A program made the position numbers and the translations under genes. The notes under the pieces were generated by a model. The model worked only from the letters and a program-made list of their open reading frames with translations, made no database searches and was not told the origin of the DNA. DNA of 64,000 nucleotides from NCBI GenBank assembly GCA_965219085.1, contig OZ244720.1:352001-416000 (forward strand), in the 5' to 3' direction. Shown piece after piece: positions 1 through 9,347 of the stretch (positions are counted from its first letter, which is position 1; each line of letters starts with the position of its first letter). The stretch comes from Dehalococcoidia bacterium. Its GTDB lineage: Bacteria; Chloroflexota; Dehalococcoidia; UBA2979.

Positions 1-3000
1 ACGGTTTCGCCGCTCGTGTCGGTGGGCGCGCTCCAGACGACCGTCAACGACTGGTCGCCCGGCGTCAGTGAATCAATCGTGGCAGCGGCGGGTGTGCCGG
101 GGATTCCGATCACGCTGTCCGACCAGAGGCCGTCGCCGTCGTTGTTGACCGCCCGCACCTGCACGTCGTACGGGACCAAACCGCTGAGGCCGCTGATGGT
201 GTGCGCCAAGCCTTCCCCCGAATTCGTTGTCCATACGTCCGCTACAACGGTCCAGTTCGTGTCTACGGATTCGTCGGCGTCGGACTCGATGTAACGCAGG
301 TCGTAGGCGGTCAGGTCAGACGCGCCGACGTTGGCCGGGGCGGTCCAGGCCACGCTGAGCGCGTAGTCGCTGCTGCTCAGCGACGTAATCGCGGGGCGGC
401 CGGGAGAGCGCCTGTGGCCGTACACCGTCAGGCGCCAGGAAGTCAGGCTGGCGGTTGTCCCGCCTGTCAAGCGGTCGCTGACTCGCAGTTTCCAGTCGCC
501 GGCCGGGTCCTCACCAAGATGCCGAGCCGACCCGAAACGGAACTCGCCATTCAGACTACAGGCGCCACCACCCAGGAAGGCGGAAAGCCTCGCGCATTCG
601 CCGCTGGACCCGAGCGCCTTGGTCAACCGGGATACCGCGCCCGATGGCGAGACCAACTCCACACGCAGGTCGCGGAAGACCGGCGCCTCCAGGGTGACAT
701 CTATCGCGACGAACTCGGTGAACTGGATCTCTGGGCCCATGCTGATGCTGGTCTCGACCGTGGTAGGCGTGCCCGAGGACGGGTTGGGAATCGCCAGATC
801 GACAACGCCCGACTCTTCAGACATGGCAACAAAGTCCGCAAGCCGAGTCCAGTTGTCGGCCAGATCCATCGCCGCCTTGGCATCCACGACGCCGAAGCCG
901 TATTCGCGGTTGAAGTCGTAGTGCTCGGTCGTCGACCCGTACTCGAGTGCGCCCTGTTTCCAGCCGCTGTTTGTCGAGTCGTTCTTTCGCGCGGAGCCGG
1001 CAAGGATGAGCTTGACGTCCCGCCAGGTTAAGTCGTTGTGAGCGGCTCGCAACAGCGCGGCGACGCCGGAGACGATCGGGGCTGACACGGAAGTCCCGTT
1101 GAACTCTCGCGTATAGCCACTACCGCTGGTGGTGGTGGTGACTTCCTCATCGGAGACCCCGGGATCAGCGGACGGTGCGCAAACCCAAAGGTTGGCTCCG
1201 GTTTCCGAATACCCCGCCCGATCCCCTTTGTCGTTGACTGCGCAGACAGCGGTGGAACTGTAGTGGTTGGCGTATTCGTTGAGATTGGCGTACCCGCCGA
1301 TCCGATGAGCGTTGCCGGCTGCCCACACATAGAAGACGCCCTTGCCCCCGTAACCTTCAGTCACCCCCCGCTCCACGGCCAGCTCCCAGATCGCGGGTGC
1401 ATGAGCGTAGCCCCGTCCCCGCGTCGGACCCCAGCTGTTGTTGGAGACAGCGGTTGTGTCCATCGCGCGAGTCATCGCATCTGCTGTGTTCTGATCGGTC
1501 CGGTCCTCGGTCAGGTTGAGGCCGTAGATCTTCGACCGAGGCGCGACGCCTCTGACCCCAATCTCGTTGGCTGCTGCGGCGATGATGCCCGCCACGTTCG
1601 TGCCGTGGGAGAAGTCGGGGTCATCCAAGCCCAGCACGGCGGTGTAGTCGTGGTTGAGGTCGGCGATGACGTTGGCCTTCAGGTCCTTGTGCGTGTAATC
1701 CAGACCGTCGTCGACCACCGCTACGGTCGCGCCGTCCCCCAGCTTGCCGGCCGCCCACACCGCTTCCACGTTGATGTCTTCGCCCGCCGTGCCATCGAAT
1801 TGACCCGTGTTGCGCAAGTGCCACTGACAACCGAAGAGCGGGTCGCTGAGAGCAGTGGCGATCACCATGCAGGCGTCGAGAGAACTGTCGTAAGAGATCG
1901 CGTCAGTCAGGAGCACGACATAGCGTCCCGTTGCGCTGCCGCTTCCCTCAGCGGAGCTGGTCAGCTTCAGATAGTGGGTGCCGGCGTCGAGCCGATCCAG
2001 CAGCGTGACGGCGATGGTGTCGCCCTGGCCGTAGATGTCCGAGAACAGGTTTGCGTCGACCGCTTGGCCGTCCTCATCAAGCAAGGTCGCAGCGAGATCG
2101 ACTGCTGCTCCCGCGGCGGAGATACGGACGTGCATGGCCGCGTCCGTTTCGATTTGGAAGTAGTCGGCATCAGTGGCCGGATCGATGGCGCCTGAGACGG
2201 GTCGACCGAAAGGCAACGGCAGTGCAGTCTCCTTCGTGCCGCCGGGCTCTGTCACCTGTTCCAGACCTACGACGTATCCGCCGACCTGTGCGCCCGCTGC
2301 TGTCACTTTGAGGTAATATGTCCCCGCGTCGAGGGTGACCAGGGCCAGGAAGCTGGTACCCGGGAGGCTTAGCTCCTCGACATCGGAGACTGGCTCGACG
2401 GCGCTGTTGAGCAGCGAGCCCGTCGCATTGACAGCGCCGCTGGCATAGGCGATCAGCGTCGTCTGCTCACTCAGGGTGAACGTGTACCAGTCCTCATCGC
2501 TTCCCTGATCGATGATCCCGGTTCGGACAGCGGCGACTTCGATGGATTGGGCATCGGTCCGGGCGGTCGTGTCGACAATCGTCTCGGTGTGCAGGACGTA
2601 GCTACCCGTCGCGCCTCCATAGCTCGTGACTCTCACGTAGTAAGTCCCGGCATCCAGGGATGTTCCGATCAGGAAGTTCCCTCTTCCCGATGCGATGTTG
2701 CCGTCGTCATTCTCCAGAATCAGTTCGCCGTCCGCGTCCAGCAACTCACCCACGCTGTCCAGATCGCCGCTGGCGCGAATGACGATTCCGGTCGCCGTCG
2801 TCAGTTCGAATTTGAACAGATCGGCGTCGGTCGCCCGCTCAATCATCCCTCCCAGCGGCGTGTTCAGCGGCAGGGTCGAGGATGTGATCAGGGCGCCGCC
2901 AGGTTCAGCGGGTGTGACGCTGGATGTCGCGGACCAGGCCCCCGCGGCTCCGGCGAACGCGCGGAGCTGCACATCGTAGCTCGTGCTGTTGCTGAGTCCG

Positions 3001-3323
3001 GGCAGGACATAGAGCAACGGGCCGCTGCTCCAGATACCCGCAACGACGGTCCAGTTGGCGTCGCTCGTCTCATCGTCCGCGGTGGCGATGTAACGCAGGT
3101 CGTAGGCGGTGATCCCGGTGACGCCGGCGGGCGCCGTCCAGGCGATGGTCAATGATTCGTCACCTGGGGTCACGGAGGTGATGTTGGGGGCAGCGACGGG
3201 CGACTGCGCTCCTGCGTCGCCGGCCATGAATACGATCGCCAGCAGTGCGGCCAACAGCAAGCGGCCGCTCATCAACGCGGTATTCGCAGCGGGCGGCGCC
3301 CGCAGGGTCGTTGTCCTTCTCAA
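1..3323 (-). CDS. Secreted kexin/furin-like S8 serine protease with FN3, PPC-like and P-domains (3' end runs off window)
   Basis: Not in the ORF track (consistent with no stop in the window); translated by hand at several in-frame points: signal MSGRLLLAALLAIVFMAGDAGAQ (ATG 3272, or TTG 3323 overlapping the upstream stop), FN3 (AWTAP..AYDLRY), DPLFGCQWHL, triad VAVVDDG / SHGTNVAG / NGTSVSAP, oxyanion AAGN, P-domain (LVSPSG..GEDPAGDWKL), more FN3. Confidence 0.9.
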   Translation of the reverse strand, partial: MRRTTTLRAPPAANTALMSGRLLLAALLAIVFMAGDAGAQSPVAAPNITSVTPGDESLTIAWTAPAGVTGITAYDLRYIATADDETSDANWTVVAGIWSSGPLLYVLPGLSNSTSYDVQLRAFAGAAGAWSATSSVTPAEPGGALITSSTLPLNTPLGGMIERATDADLFKFELTTATGIVIRASGDLDSVGELLDADGELILENDDGNIASGRGNFLIGTSLDAGTYYVRVTSYGGATGSYVLHTETIVDTTARTDAQSIEVAAVRTGIIDQGSDEDWYTFTLSEQTTLIAYASGAVNATGSLLNSAVEPVSDVEELSLPGTSFLALVTLDAGTYYLKVTAAGAQVGGYVVGLEQVTEPGGTKETALPLPFGRPVSGAIDPATDADYFQIETDAAMHVRISAAGAAVDLAATLLDEDGQAVDANLFSDIYGQGDTIAVTLLDRLDAGTHYLKLTSSAEGSGSATGRYVVLLTDAISYDSSLDACMVIATALSDPLFGCQWHLRNTGQFDGTAGEDINVEAVWAAGKLGDGATVAVVDDGLDYTHKDLKANVIADLNHDYTAVLGLDDPDFSHGTNVAGIIAAAANEIGVRGVAPRSKIYGLNLTEDRTDQNTADAMTRAMDTTAVSNNSWGPTRGRGYAHAPAIWELAVERGVTEGYGGKGVFYVWAAGNAHRIGGYANLNEYANHYSSTAVCAVNDKGDRAGYSETGANLWVCAPSADPGVSDEEVTTTTSGSGYTREFNGTSVSAPIVSGVAALLRAAHNDLTWRDVKLILAGSARKNDSTNSGWKQGALEYGSTTEHYDFNREYGFGVVDAKAAMDLADNWTRLADFVAMSEESGVVDLAIPNPSSGTPTTVETSISMGPEIQFTEFVAIDVTLEAPVFRDLRVELVSPSGAVSRLTKALGSSGECARLSAFLGGGACSLNGEFRFGSARHLGEDPAGDWKLRVSDRLTGGTTASLTSWRLTVYGHRRSPGRPAITSLSSSDYALSVAWTAPANVGASDLTAYDLRYIESDADESVDTNWTVVADVWTTNSGEGLAHTISGLSGLVPYDVQVRAVNNDGDGLWSDSVIGIPGTPAAATIDSLTPGDQSLTVVWSAPTDTSGET

Positions 3324-5281
3324 TAGAGTGTGCTCTCAGTCCACCAGTTGGGGCTGGAGAGCACCACACCGTCCTGGCCGGTCAGCGCGTTTGCCAGGTC
3401 GAGCGAGGGGAAGCCCGGCTCGGTGTCGACGAAGAACCCATTCGGCAGCCAGCCGAGTTCCGATACCCGGCTCACGCCGATCTGATTGCGGACGAAGAAG
3501 TCGTCCACGGCGGCCTGGTCCCAGGCAGCGTCGAACACCAGCAGCACACCGCCGGGCAGCGTCATCAAGGCCCCGGACGGGGAGCGAAACACCGGGAACC
3601 CGCCACTCTTCTGAGCGGTATTGCTGCCGATGTCGCTTCTGACGATCGTCTCTCGCGAACTGATGCCGCCGTCTTTCGTCACGGTCAAATCCACTTGCAA
3701 CCGTGCCTGCAGCGTGCGATCGCCGTCGTCCCAGGTGTAGACGGCGCCCTGGCTCGACGGAAACGCCTCGAGTGTGGGTTGGGTGTTGGAGTCGGGAGTA
3801 TCGGTCTGGTCGCTTATCCCCTCTGGTTCCGACTGATCGACGGGGTCGGGCGGCAGCCTCAGCGCGGCCCGATTGGAGGCGCGGCTCTTCTCAGCGCCGC
3901 GCAGGGCCTTGACTTCGTAGCGGTAGGTCTCGCCCGCCTGAGTCGCGCCGGCGTCGATGTAGCTGGTGGCCACTGAGGCGCTGTTGGCCGGCAGCGTGGT
4001 CAACTGGCCCTGTCCGACGGCGCGCAGGACCTCGTAGCCGGTGACCCTGTCGGCGTCCTCCGCAGGGGCGCTCCAGCTCAGGTCGACCCCGCCGCCGTCA
4101 ACCGCCTCGGCGGTGAGGTCCGACGGGGCAAGGTCAACGGCGTCATGGGGGAGTTGGACCCGGGCCTGGCCGGACGCCTGGCTCCGGTCCTCGCCCCGGA
4201 TGGCCTTGACCTTATAGGCGTAGGTCTCCCCCGCCTCGGTTGCGGTGGTGTCGGTGTAGGCGGTCGCCGTGTTCCCGGTGTCGTCAACCAGGGTGGCAAG
4301 CTCCCCCTCGCCCACGGCGCGCAGTATCTCGTAGCCGGTGACGCTGCCGGCGTCCTCCGCCGGGGCGGTCCAGCTCAGACGAACGGAGGTTGAGGCGGTG
4401 GTGGTGGGGTCCTCCCCCACCAGCACCAGAGACGCGGTCAGGACCACGGCGGTCAGGCCGGTGGGGGCCAAGTCGACGGGGTCGTGGGGGACCTGGACCT
4501 GGGCCTGGCCGGATGCGTCGCTCCGGTCCTCCCCCCGGATGGCCTTGACCTGGTAGGCGTAGGTCTCCCCCGCCCCGGTGGCGGTGGCGTCGGTGTAGGT
4601 CGTGGCCGTTGATTCGGTGTCGGCCACCAGCGTCGCCAGGGAACTCTCGCCCTCGTAGGGCCGCCGGCGCAGAATCTCATAGCCGTCCACGGATTCGGCG
4701 TCCTCGTGAGGGGCGGTCCAGCTCAGGGTCACCTTGTTCCCGACCAGGCTGACCGTCAGGCCCGTGGGGGCCAGGTCTTCAGGGGCCGGCGTGGGTACCG
4801 GCTCCGGGGATGGTGTAGGAGTGGGAATGGGAGTGGGTTCCAGGGTCGAATCCGGCGCTGCCGGGGTCTCGGCCTTGACGTAGCCGGACCACTGGCTGAC
4901 GCCGGTGCGGCTGACCGCCTTCGCCCGGTAGATGTAGGTGCTCGACGCCGATACCGTGCCGTCGGTGTAGCTGGTTTCGGGACCGGCGTTGCTCTCGACA
5001 ACGTTGAAGACCTGGGATGCGTCGGTGTCCCGGTTGCGGCGCAGGATGGCGTAGTGGGTGACCGTCTGGTCCGTCGAGGCCATCCAGGTGAGGGTGACCG
5101 AATCGTGTACCGCCGAGGCCTGGACGCTGGTGGGCTTGGCCGGGGGGTTAGCGCCGGTGGCGGCCGCGGTGGCGGTCACCTCCTGGCTCTGGGCGTGAAC
5201 TGTCAGGGCCACGGCCAGGGTCAGGACCGCGAGTCCGGCAAGGAGCAGCAGGAGCGGCGCGAGACGCCGGGAGGCGATCAC
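3320..5281 (-). CDS. Secreted protein with four FN3 repeats and a conserved C-terminal putative S8 propeptide/chaperone-like domain
   Basis: Signal peptide, four LSW.AP..V.GYEILR..YTD..YAYxVKA-type repeats, PT linker; C-terminal ~140 aa homologous to the end of 19232..20377. Confidence 0.85.
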   Translation of the reverse strand: MIASRRLAPLLLLLAGLAVLTLAVALTVHAQSQEVTATAAATGANPPAKPTSVQASAVHDSVTLTWMASTDQTVTHYAILRRNRDTDASQVFNVVESNAGPETSYTDGTVSASSTYIYRAKAVSRTGVSQWSGYVKAETPAAPDSTLEPTPIPTPTPSPEPVPTPAPEDLAPTGLTVSLVGNKVTLSWTAPHEDAESVDGYEILRRRPYEGESSLATLVADTESTATTYTDATATGAGETYAYQVKAIRGEDRSDASGQAQVQVPHDPVDLAPTGLTAVVLTASLVLVGEDPTTTASTSVRLSWTAPAEDAGSVTGYEILRAVGEGELATLVDDTGNTATAYTDTTATEAGETYAYKVKAIRGEDRSQASGQARVQLPHDAVDLAPSDLTAEAVDGGGVDLSWSAPAEDADRVTGYEVLRAVGQGQLTTLPANSASVATSYIDAGATQAGETYRYEVKALRGAEKSRASNRAALRLPPDPVDQSEPEGISDQTDTPDSNTQPTLEAFPSSQGAVYTWDDGDRTLQARLQVDLTVTKDGGISSRETIVRSDIGSNTAQKSGGFPVFRSPSGALMTLPGGVLLVFDAAWDQAAVDDFFVRNQIGVSRVSELGWLPNGFFVDTEPGFPSLDLANALTGQDGVVLSSPNWWTESTLY

Positions 5282-6059
5282 GAGTTACCCCCGGCCTGCC
5301 AGCACCCACCACAATTCCGGGGGGTACGTATGTGCCAGGTCGCCCTGCACGGCAGACCCCAGCGCGGCGATCGCTTCAGGGGCCAGGAACTGGTCTGTCA
5401 CGCACAACCGGATGCCTTCCCAATTCCCAACCCGGAGTGGCCGGGGCCACCATCGAGCGCATTCCAGCCCGTGATTCGGGTCACATTCTTGACGCTCTCC
5501 CGACATCCTCGTAAGTGCCGGGCGGCACAATCGGCGAGTCATTTTGTTTGCTCGGAGGGGGGACGATTCCGCGACTGAGACAGGTACTGCTGTTGTGGCG
5601 GTCGCTTCGCGCGCGATGGCTGCCGGGTCGTGTGCGCACGGACGTTCCGTCCGCCGTCTCAGGTGCATGCACTGGACTCTCGAGCGCCACGCAAGTGCCT
5701 CCCGTACGAACGGGCCACGTCATGGGAGCGTAACCACCTGGCTCTGAACCTTCGGTAGAAATTGGCCCACGTTCGATGGCAGTTCGGTGACGATCTTCAA
5801 GAAGGGGCTACGGAAGTAACAAGACCATTCTTGCGTGAGTGCCGACCTTTTCCCCTGAGGCTACGTGAGGATTTACTGCATTCCGGGTATGCGCCTGCTC
5901 GCGGACCAGGCGGCGCCGTCAAGGAAGCCGTCCAGGGTGCCACTCCCACGCGCTGCAGGGGCTGCGCGGCTAAAACGACAAAAGGCCCGCACACATGGAC
6001 CGGCAAGGGGAGGCCACCGCAGCTGCTGCGATGGCCTCCCCTCTTGGTCCCGGCCTGGC

Positions 6060-6650
6060 ACCCCACGCCGGCCGGCACCGACTCCCGCTCCCGTTCCAGC
6101 GCCCACTCGAAGAGCGAGATGGACGCGGGCGCGGGCCTGCGGCTGCGGCGCCCAGGCTTCGCCGGCTCCTCCGCCATGAACTCCGCCCAGGAGAACAGCG
6201 ATCGCTGCCGCTCCGGGGTGTCGTCGTCACCGGCGTTGCCCCCAACCGGAACGGCGGTATGGCCGTTGCCGTGGGCGTGAACCTCGACGGCCACCGGCTC
6301 CGGCGCAGCCCACTCGGCGTCGACCAGCAGCGCCTCGGCCTCCGCCGCGACCTGCCGCGCCTGGGCGAAGACCGACTCGACCCAGCCGCCGTCTTCCTCG
6401 CCGGCGACGATCTTCCTGGCGAGCGCCAGCATGAGGTCGTCGCCGTCATCGCCGTAGGCGGCGAGCCCGTCCTCGGGCAGCTCGCCCTCGACGGCGAGGG
6501 AGCTTCGCAGCTTCTTCGCCACGAGCTTCAGGGCGTCGGCCCGCAGGGTGCTCCGGTAGGCCATGAAGACAACCTGCACGGGCTGCGTCTGGCCGATCCG
6601 CCAGGACCTGCGTGAGGCCTGCCGCATCGTGTACACGCTGTAATCGGCTC
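6060..6650 (-). pseudogene. C-terminal fragment of an ICE-type helicase
   Basis: YSVYTMRQASRRSWRIGQTQPVQVVFMAY resembles SF2 helicase motif VI; no N-terminus, begins abruptly at the recombinase 3' end. Confidence 0.7.
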
Positions 6651-8225
6651 CGGTTTGGCAATCGACACGAAATCCTCGTCGGCGGGGATGGCGAGCGTGA
6701 GGGTAACGTTGTTCTCGCCGTCGATCGTCGCCTCCTCCAGCAGCAGGTCCAGCACCTCGCGGCGCTCCGAGTCTGGCAGGCCGTCGAGGCCGCCGCCGGC
6801 GCGGCGCGCCCACTCCACGACCTGCTCCACCGCCACGCGCCGGTCGGCCCGCGCCGACGCCCCCGCCCGGAGCTCGTCGAGCCTCGCGCGGAGCCGCTCC
6901 AGCCGCTCGCCGATGAAGCGCCGCTGGTGGTCGAGTTGCTGCTCGCTGATCTTCCCGCTCACGTAGAGCCGGATCGCGCGGTCCTCCTCCGCCTGCACGC
7001 CCGCCAACTCGCGCTCGGTGCGCGCGGCATCGTCCGCCGCCCCGCCGTCCTCGTCCGGGTCCAGCGCCGCCAGCCCGGCCGCGATCAGGTCCGGGTCCTG
7101 GAGCACGCGCCTGACCTCGCCCCAGACCAGCTCCTCGAGCTGCTCGGCGCGGATGAACGGGTGCTCGCGGCAGCGCAGGCGGTAGGGCGCTCCCATCCCG
7201 TAGCAGCGGTAGTAGCGGCGCGGCGTCTTGAGCCTGTACGAGTACGTCTTGCCGCGGCGCCGCGTGCTCTGGCTGCGGACCACGCTGGGACCCATCAGCA
7301 TCCCGCACTCGCTGCAGTGCACGAGGTGCTGGAGCAGGTGGAAGGTCTTCGTGTTGCGCGGCGAGCGCGTCAGCCGCCGCTCGCGCAGCGTCTTCGCCCG
7401 CTCCCACGTCTCCTCGTCCACGAGCGGCGGGAACGGGACGCCGATCCAGGCGTCGCGGGGCTGCGCGTGCACGCGCGTGCCGGCGTCGGTGGCGGTGTGG
7501 CGGGCCTTGCCGTACCACCAGGTGCCCCGGTAGGCCTCATTGCGGAGGATGCGATTGATCTGCGTCGCGTGCCAGCTTGCGCCGGGCCTTGCCGTGGGGA
7601 CGCCGTCGTCCGTGAGCGCCGCGGCGATGGCCGGCGCGCCCAGGCCGTCGTGGACGTAGTGGCGGAAGATGCGGCGGATGACCTCGGCGCGCTCCTCGTC
7701 GACCTCGGGCGTGCGGGCCTCGGCGATGCGGTAGCCGTCGGGGACGTTGCTGACGGGGATGCGGCCCTGCTTGGCGGTGCCGCGCTTGCCCATCGAGGCG
7801 CGTTCGCGGAAGTTGTCGAGCTCGATCTTGCCGATCGCGGCCATGAGGCCGAAGGTCTTCATGTCGATCGCGTCCATGACGGCCTCGAGGCCGATGCCGT
7901 GCGCCTCGACGACCTCCATGAGGGCGGCAGCGGGGTACATGCCGCGGCTGAGGCGGTCGGACTTCCAGCAGACGATGACATCGAAGCGGCCGGAGGCGGC
8001 GTCGGCGAGCATGCGCTGGAACTCGGGGCGGCTCTTGGACCAGCCGCGCCCGACCTCCTGGTAGCGGGCGGTGATCTCAAGCCCGCGCTCCTCGCAGTAG
8101 GCCTCCATGTCGCTGATCTGCTCGCCGAGGGAGGTCTTGTCGTCCTCGGCCTGGCTCTTGTCGGAGACGCGCGCGTAGATGGCGGCGCGGCGTGTCCCGG
8201 GCTGGTGATGGTTCGTTCCCGGCAT
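6528..8225 (-). CDS. Large serine recombinase (resolvase + recombinase + Zn-ribbon domains)
   Basis: AAIYARVS catalytic motif, SRPEFQRML, DRLSR, Zn ribbon CSECG..YYRC, coiled coil; GAAGGAGG RBS before ATG 8225. Confidence 0.93.
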   Translation of the reverse strand: MPGTNHHQPGTRRAAIYARVSDKSQAEDDKTSLGEQISDMEAYCEERGLEITARYQEVGRGWSKSRPEFQRMLADAASGRFDVIVCWKSDRLSRGMYPAAALMEVVEAHGIGLEAVMDAIDMKTFGLMAAIGKIELDNFRERASMGKRGTAKQGRIPVSNVPDGYRIAEARTPEVDEERAEVIRRIFRHYVHDGLGAPAIAAALTDDGVPTARPGASWHATQINRILRNEAYRGTWWYGKARHTATDAGTRVHAQPRDAWIGVPFPPLVDEETWERAKTLRERRLTRSPRNTKTFHLLQHLVHCSECGMLMGPSVVRSQSTRRRGKTYSYRLKTPRRYYRCYGMGAPYRLRCREHPFIRAEQLEELVWGEVRRVLQDPDLIAAGLAALDPDEDGGAADDAARTERELAGVQAEEDRAIRLYVSGKISEQQLDHQRRFIGERLERLRARLDELRAGASARADRRVAVEQVVEWARRAGGGLDGLPDSERREVLDLLLEEATIDGENNVTLTLAIPADEDFVSIAKPEPITACTRCGRPHAGPGGSARRSPCRLSSWPTGAPCGPTP

Positions 8226-8239
8226 GGCTGCCTCCTTCG

Positions 8240-8277
8240 AATACAAACGGACCCGCCTCCCTGCGGGGGCGGGTCCG
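8240..8277 (-). terminator. Terminator-like hairpin directly upstream of the recombinase RBS
   Basis: Minus strand CGGACCCGCCCCC-GCA-GGGAGGCGGGTCCG followed by TTTGTATT, then the RBS. Confidence 0.5.
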
Positions 8278-8440
8278 CGAGCGGTAGCATGCGGCTCGCG
8301 TCACCTGTCCGCGGGTGGCGCCACGGCCCGGGGTGTTTGCGCACCGCCGGGCCACCTCGTCCCCCTCAGCGTAGCGGGGCTGCGGCGAGGCGGTCAAAGC
8401 AGGGCTGCGACGAGGCGCTTTCCCGGCGATGCACCCTTCC

Positions 8441-8635
8441 CTACGGGACCTCCGGGTGCTCCCCGTCGCCTGCGTGCGAGGCTGCCCGGGTCGCGTGGTT
8501 GAGCAGGATCGCGGCGATGCGGCGCAGCCGAGCCTCGGCGTCGGGGACGGGCCGGTACTCGATGGCGACCACGCGCGGCTCCGGGCCACTGTTGTGGCCG
8601 CGCCCGTTGCGCACTTGCTGCTTCGTCGATCGCAT
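8441..8635 (-). CDS. Small hypothetical protein upstream of recombinase (possible directionality factor)
   Basis: 64-aa ORF co-oriented with the recombinase, GGACGAG before ATG; function inferred from position only. Confidence 0.45.
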   Translation of the reverse strand: MRSTKQQVRNGRGHNSGPEPRVVAIEYRPVPDAEARLRRIAAILLNHATRAASHAGDGEHPEVP

Positions 8636-9347
8636 CTCGTCCGGCCCTCGTATGCCCGTTCCACGGGAAGAGCGTGATGGGCGGGAGCGCCGAACGTAAT
8701 CCCATGAAAGGGGGTTTCATCGGTGATACCTGCGGCCTGCGCTCGCCCGTCGTACTGCCTCTCGCCTCCCGCAAATCGGTGCTGTTGACGGCGATCGAGT
8801 GTGCGGCGGCGAACTCCCCGGCGGAATGCCCCATAGGGGAGGGCGCGCGTGGCAATATCGTCGGACCCGGCTTCGGGCTGCCCCGACGGGTGTCATGGGC
8901 GTGTACAGGGAAAAGACGTGAGTTCCGAGACACGGAAGTCCTCGAAGACGCAGGCAGGTCAAGGGGAAACGCGCCTACAGGACGTGCGGACGAACAAATT
9001 CGGTGGAAGGCCGTATTCCACCGCAAAACGCTGAAAGTTCCGTCGGAGGGAAGTCAAAAGCGGGCCGTAGATGTGCCAGGACGCCGGGTGAACGACGCCT
9101 GGGAGTCCGCACAGCGCCGTGAGGCGAGCTGTGCGCCGCGCTGCGGTCGCGCCCCGGTTTTGGCGCTCTGTCTGCTCACGCTCGGGCTGGGGGCGCTGGC
9201 GGGCTGCGAGTACGGCGATACCGATACCGCTAGGGTCTCGTCGCGAACGAAGGCGCCGGCGGCTGGCCACCGCGGCCGCACACCCCGGCAGGCCCGGTGC
9301 GATTTGCGGGATCAATCCGATGCGGGACCAAGCGCCTACCGTCGCGG

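Noticed and set aside
5797-7518. 573-aa ORF as a single gene
   Set aside because: Chimera of an off-frame recombinase segment and the helicase C-terminal fragment.
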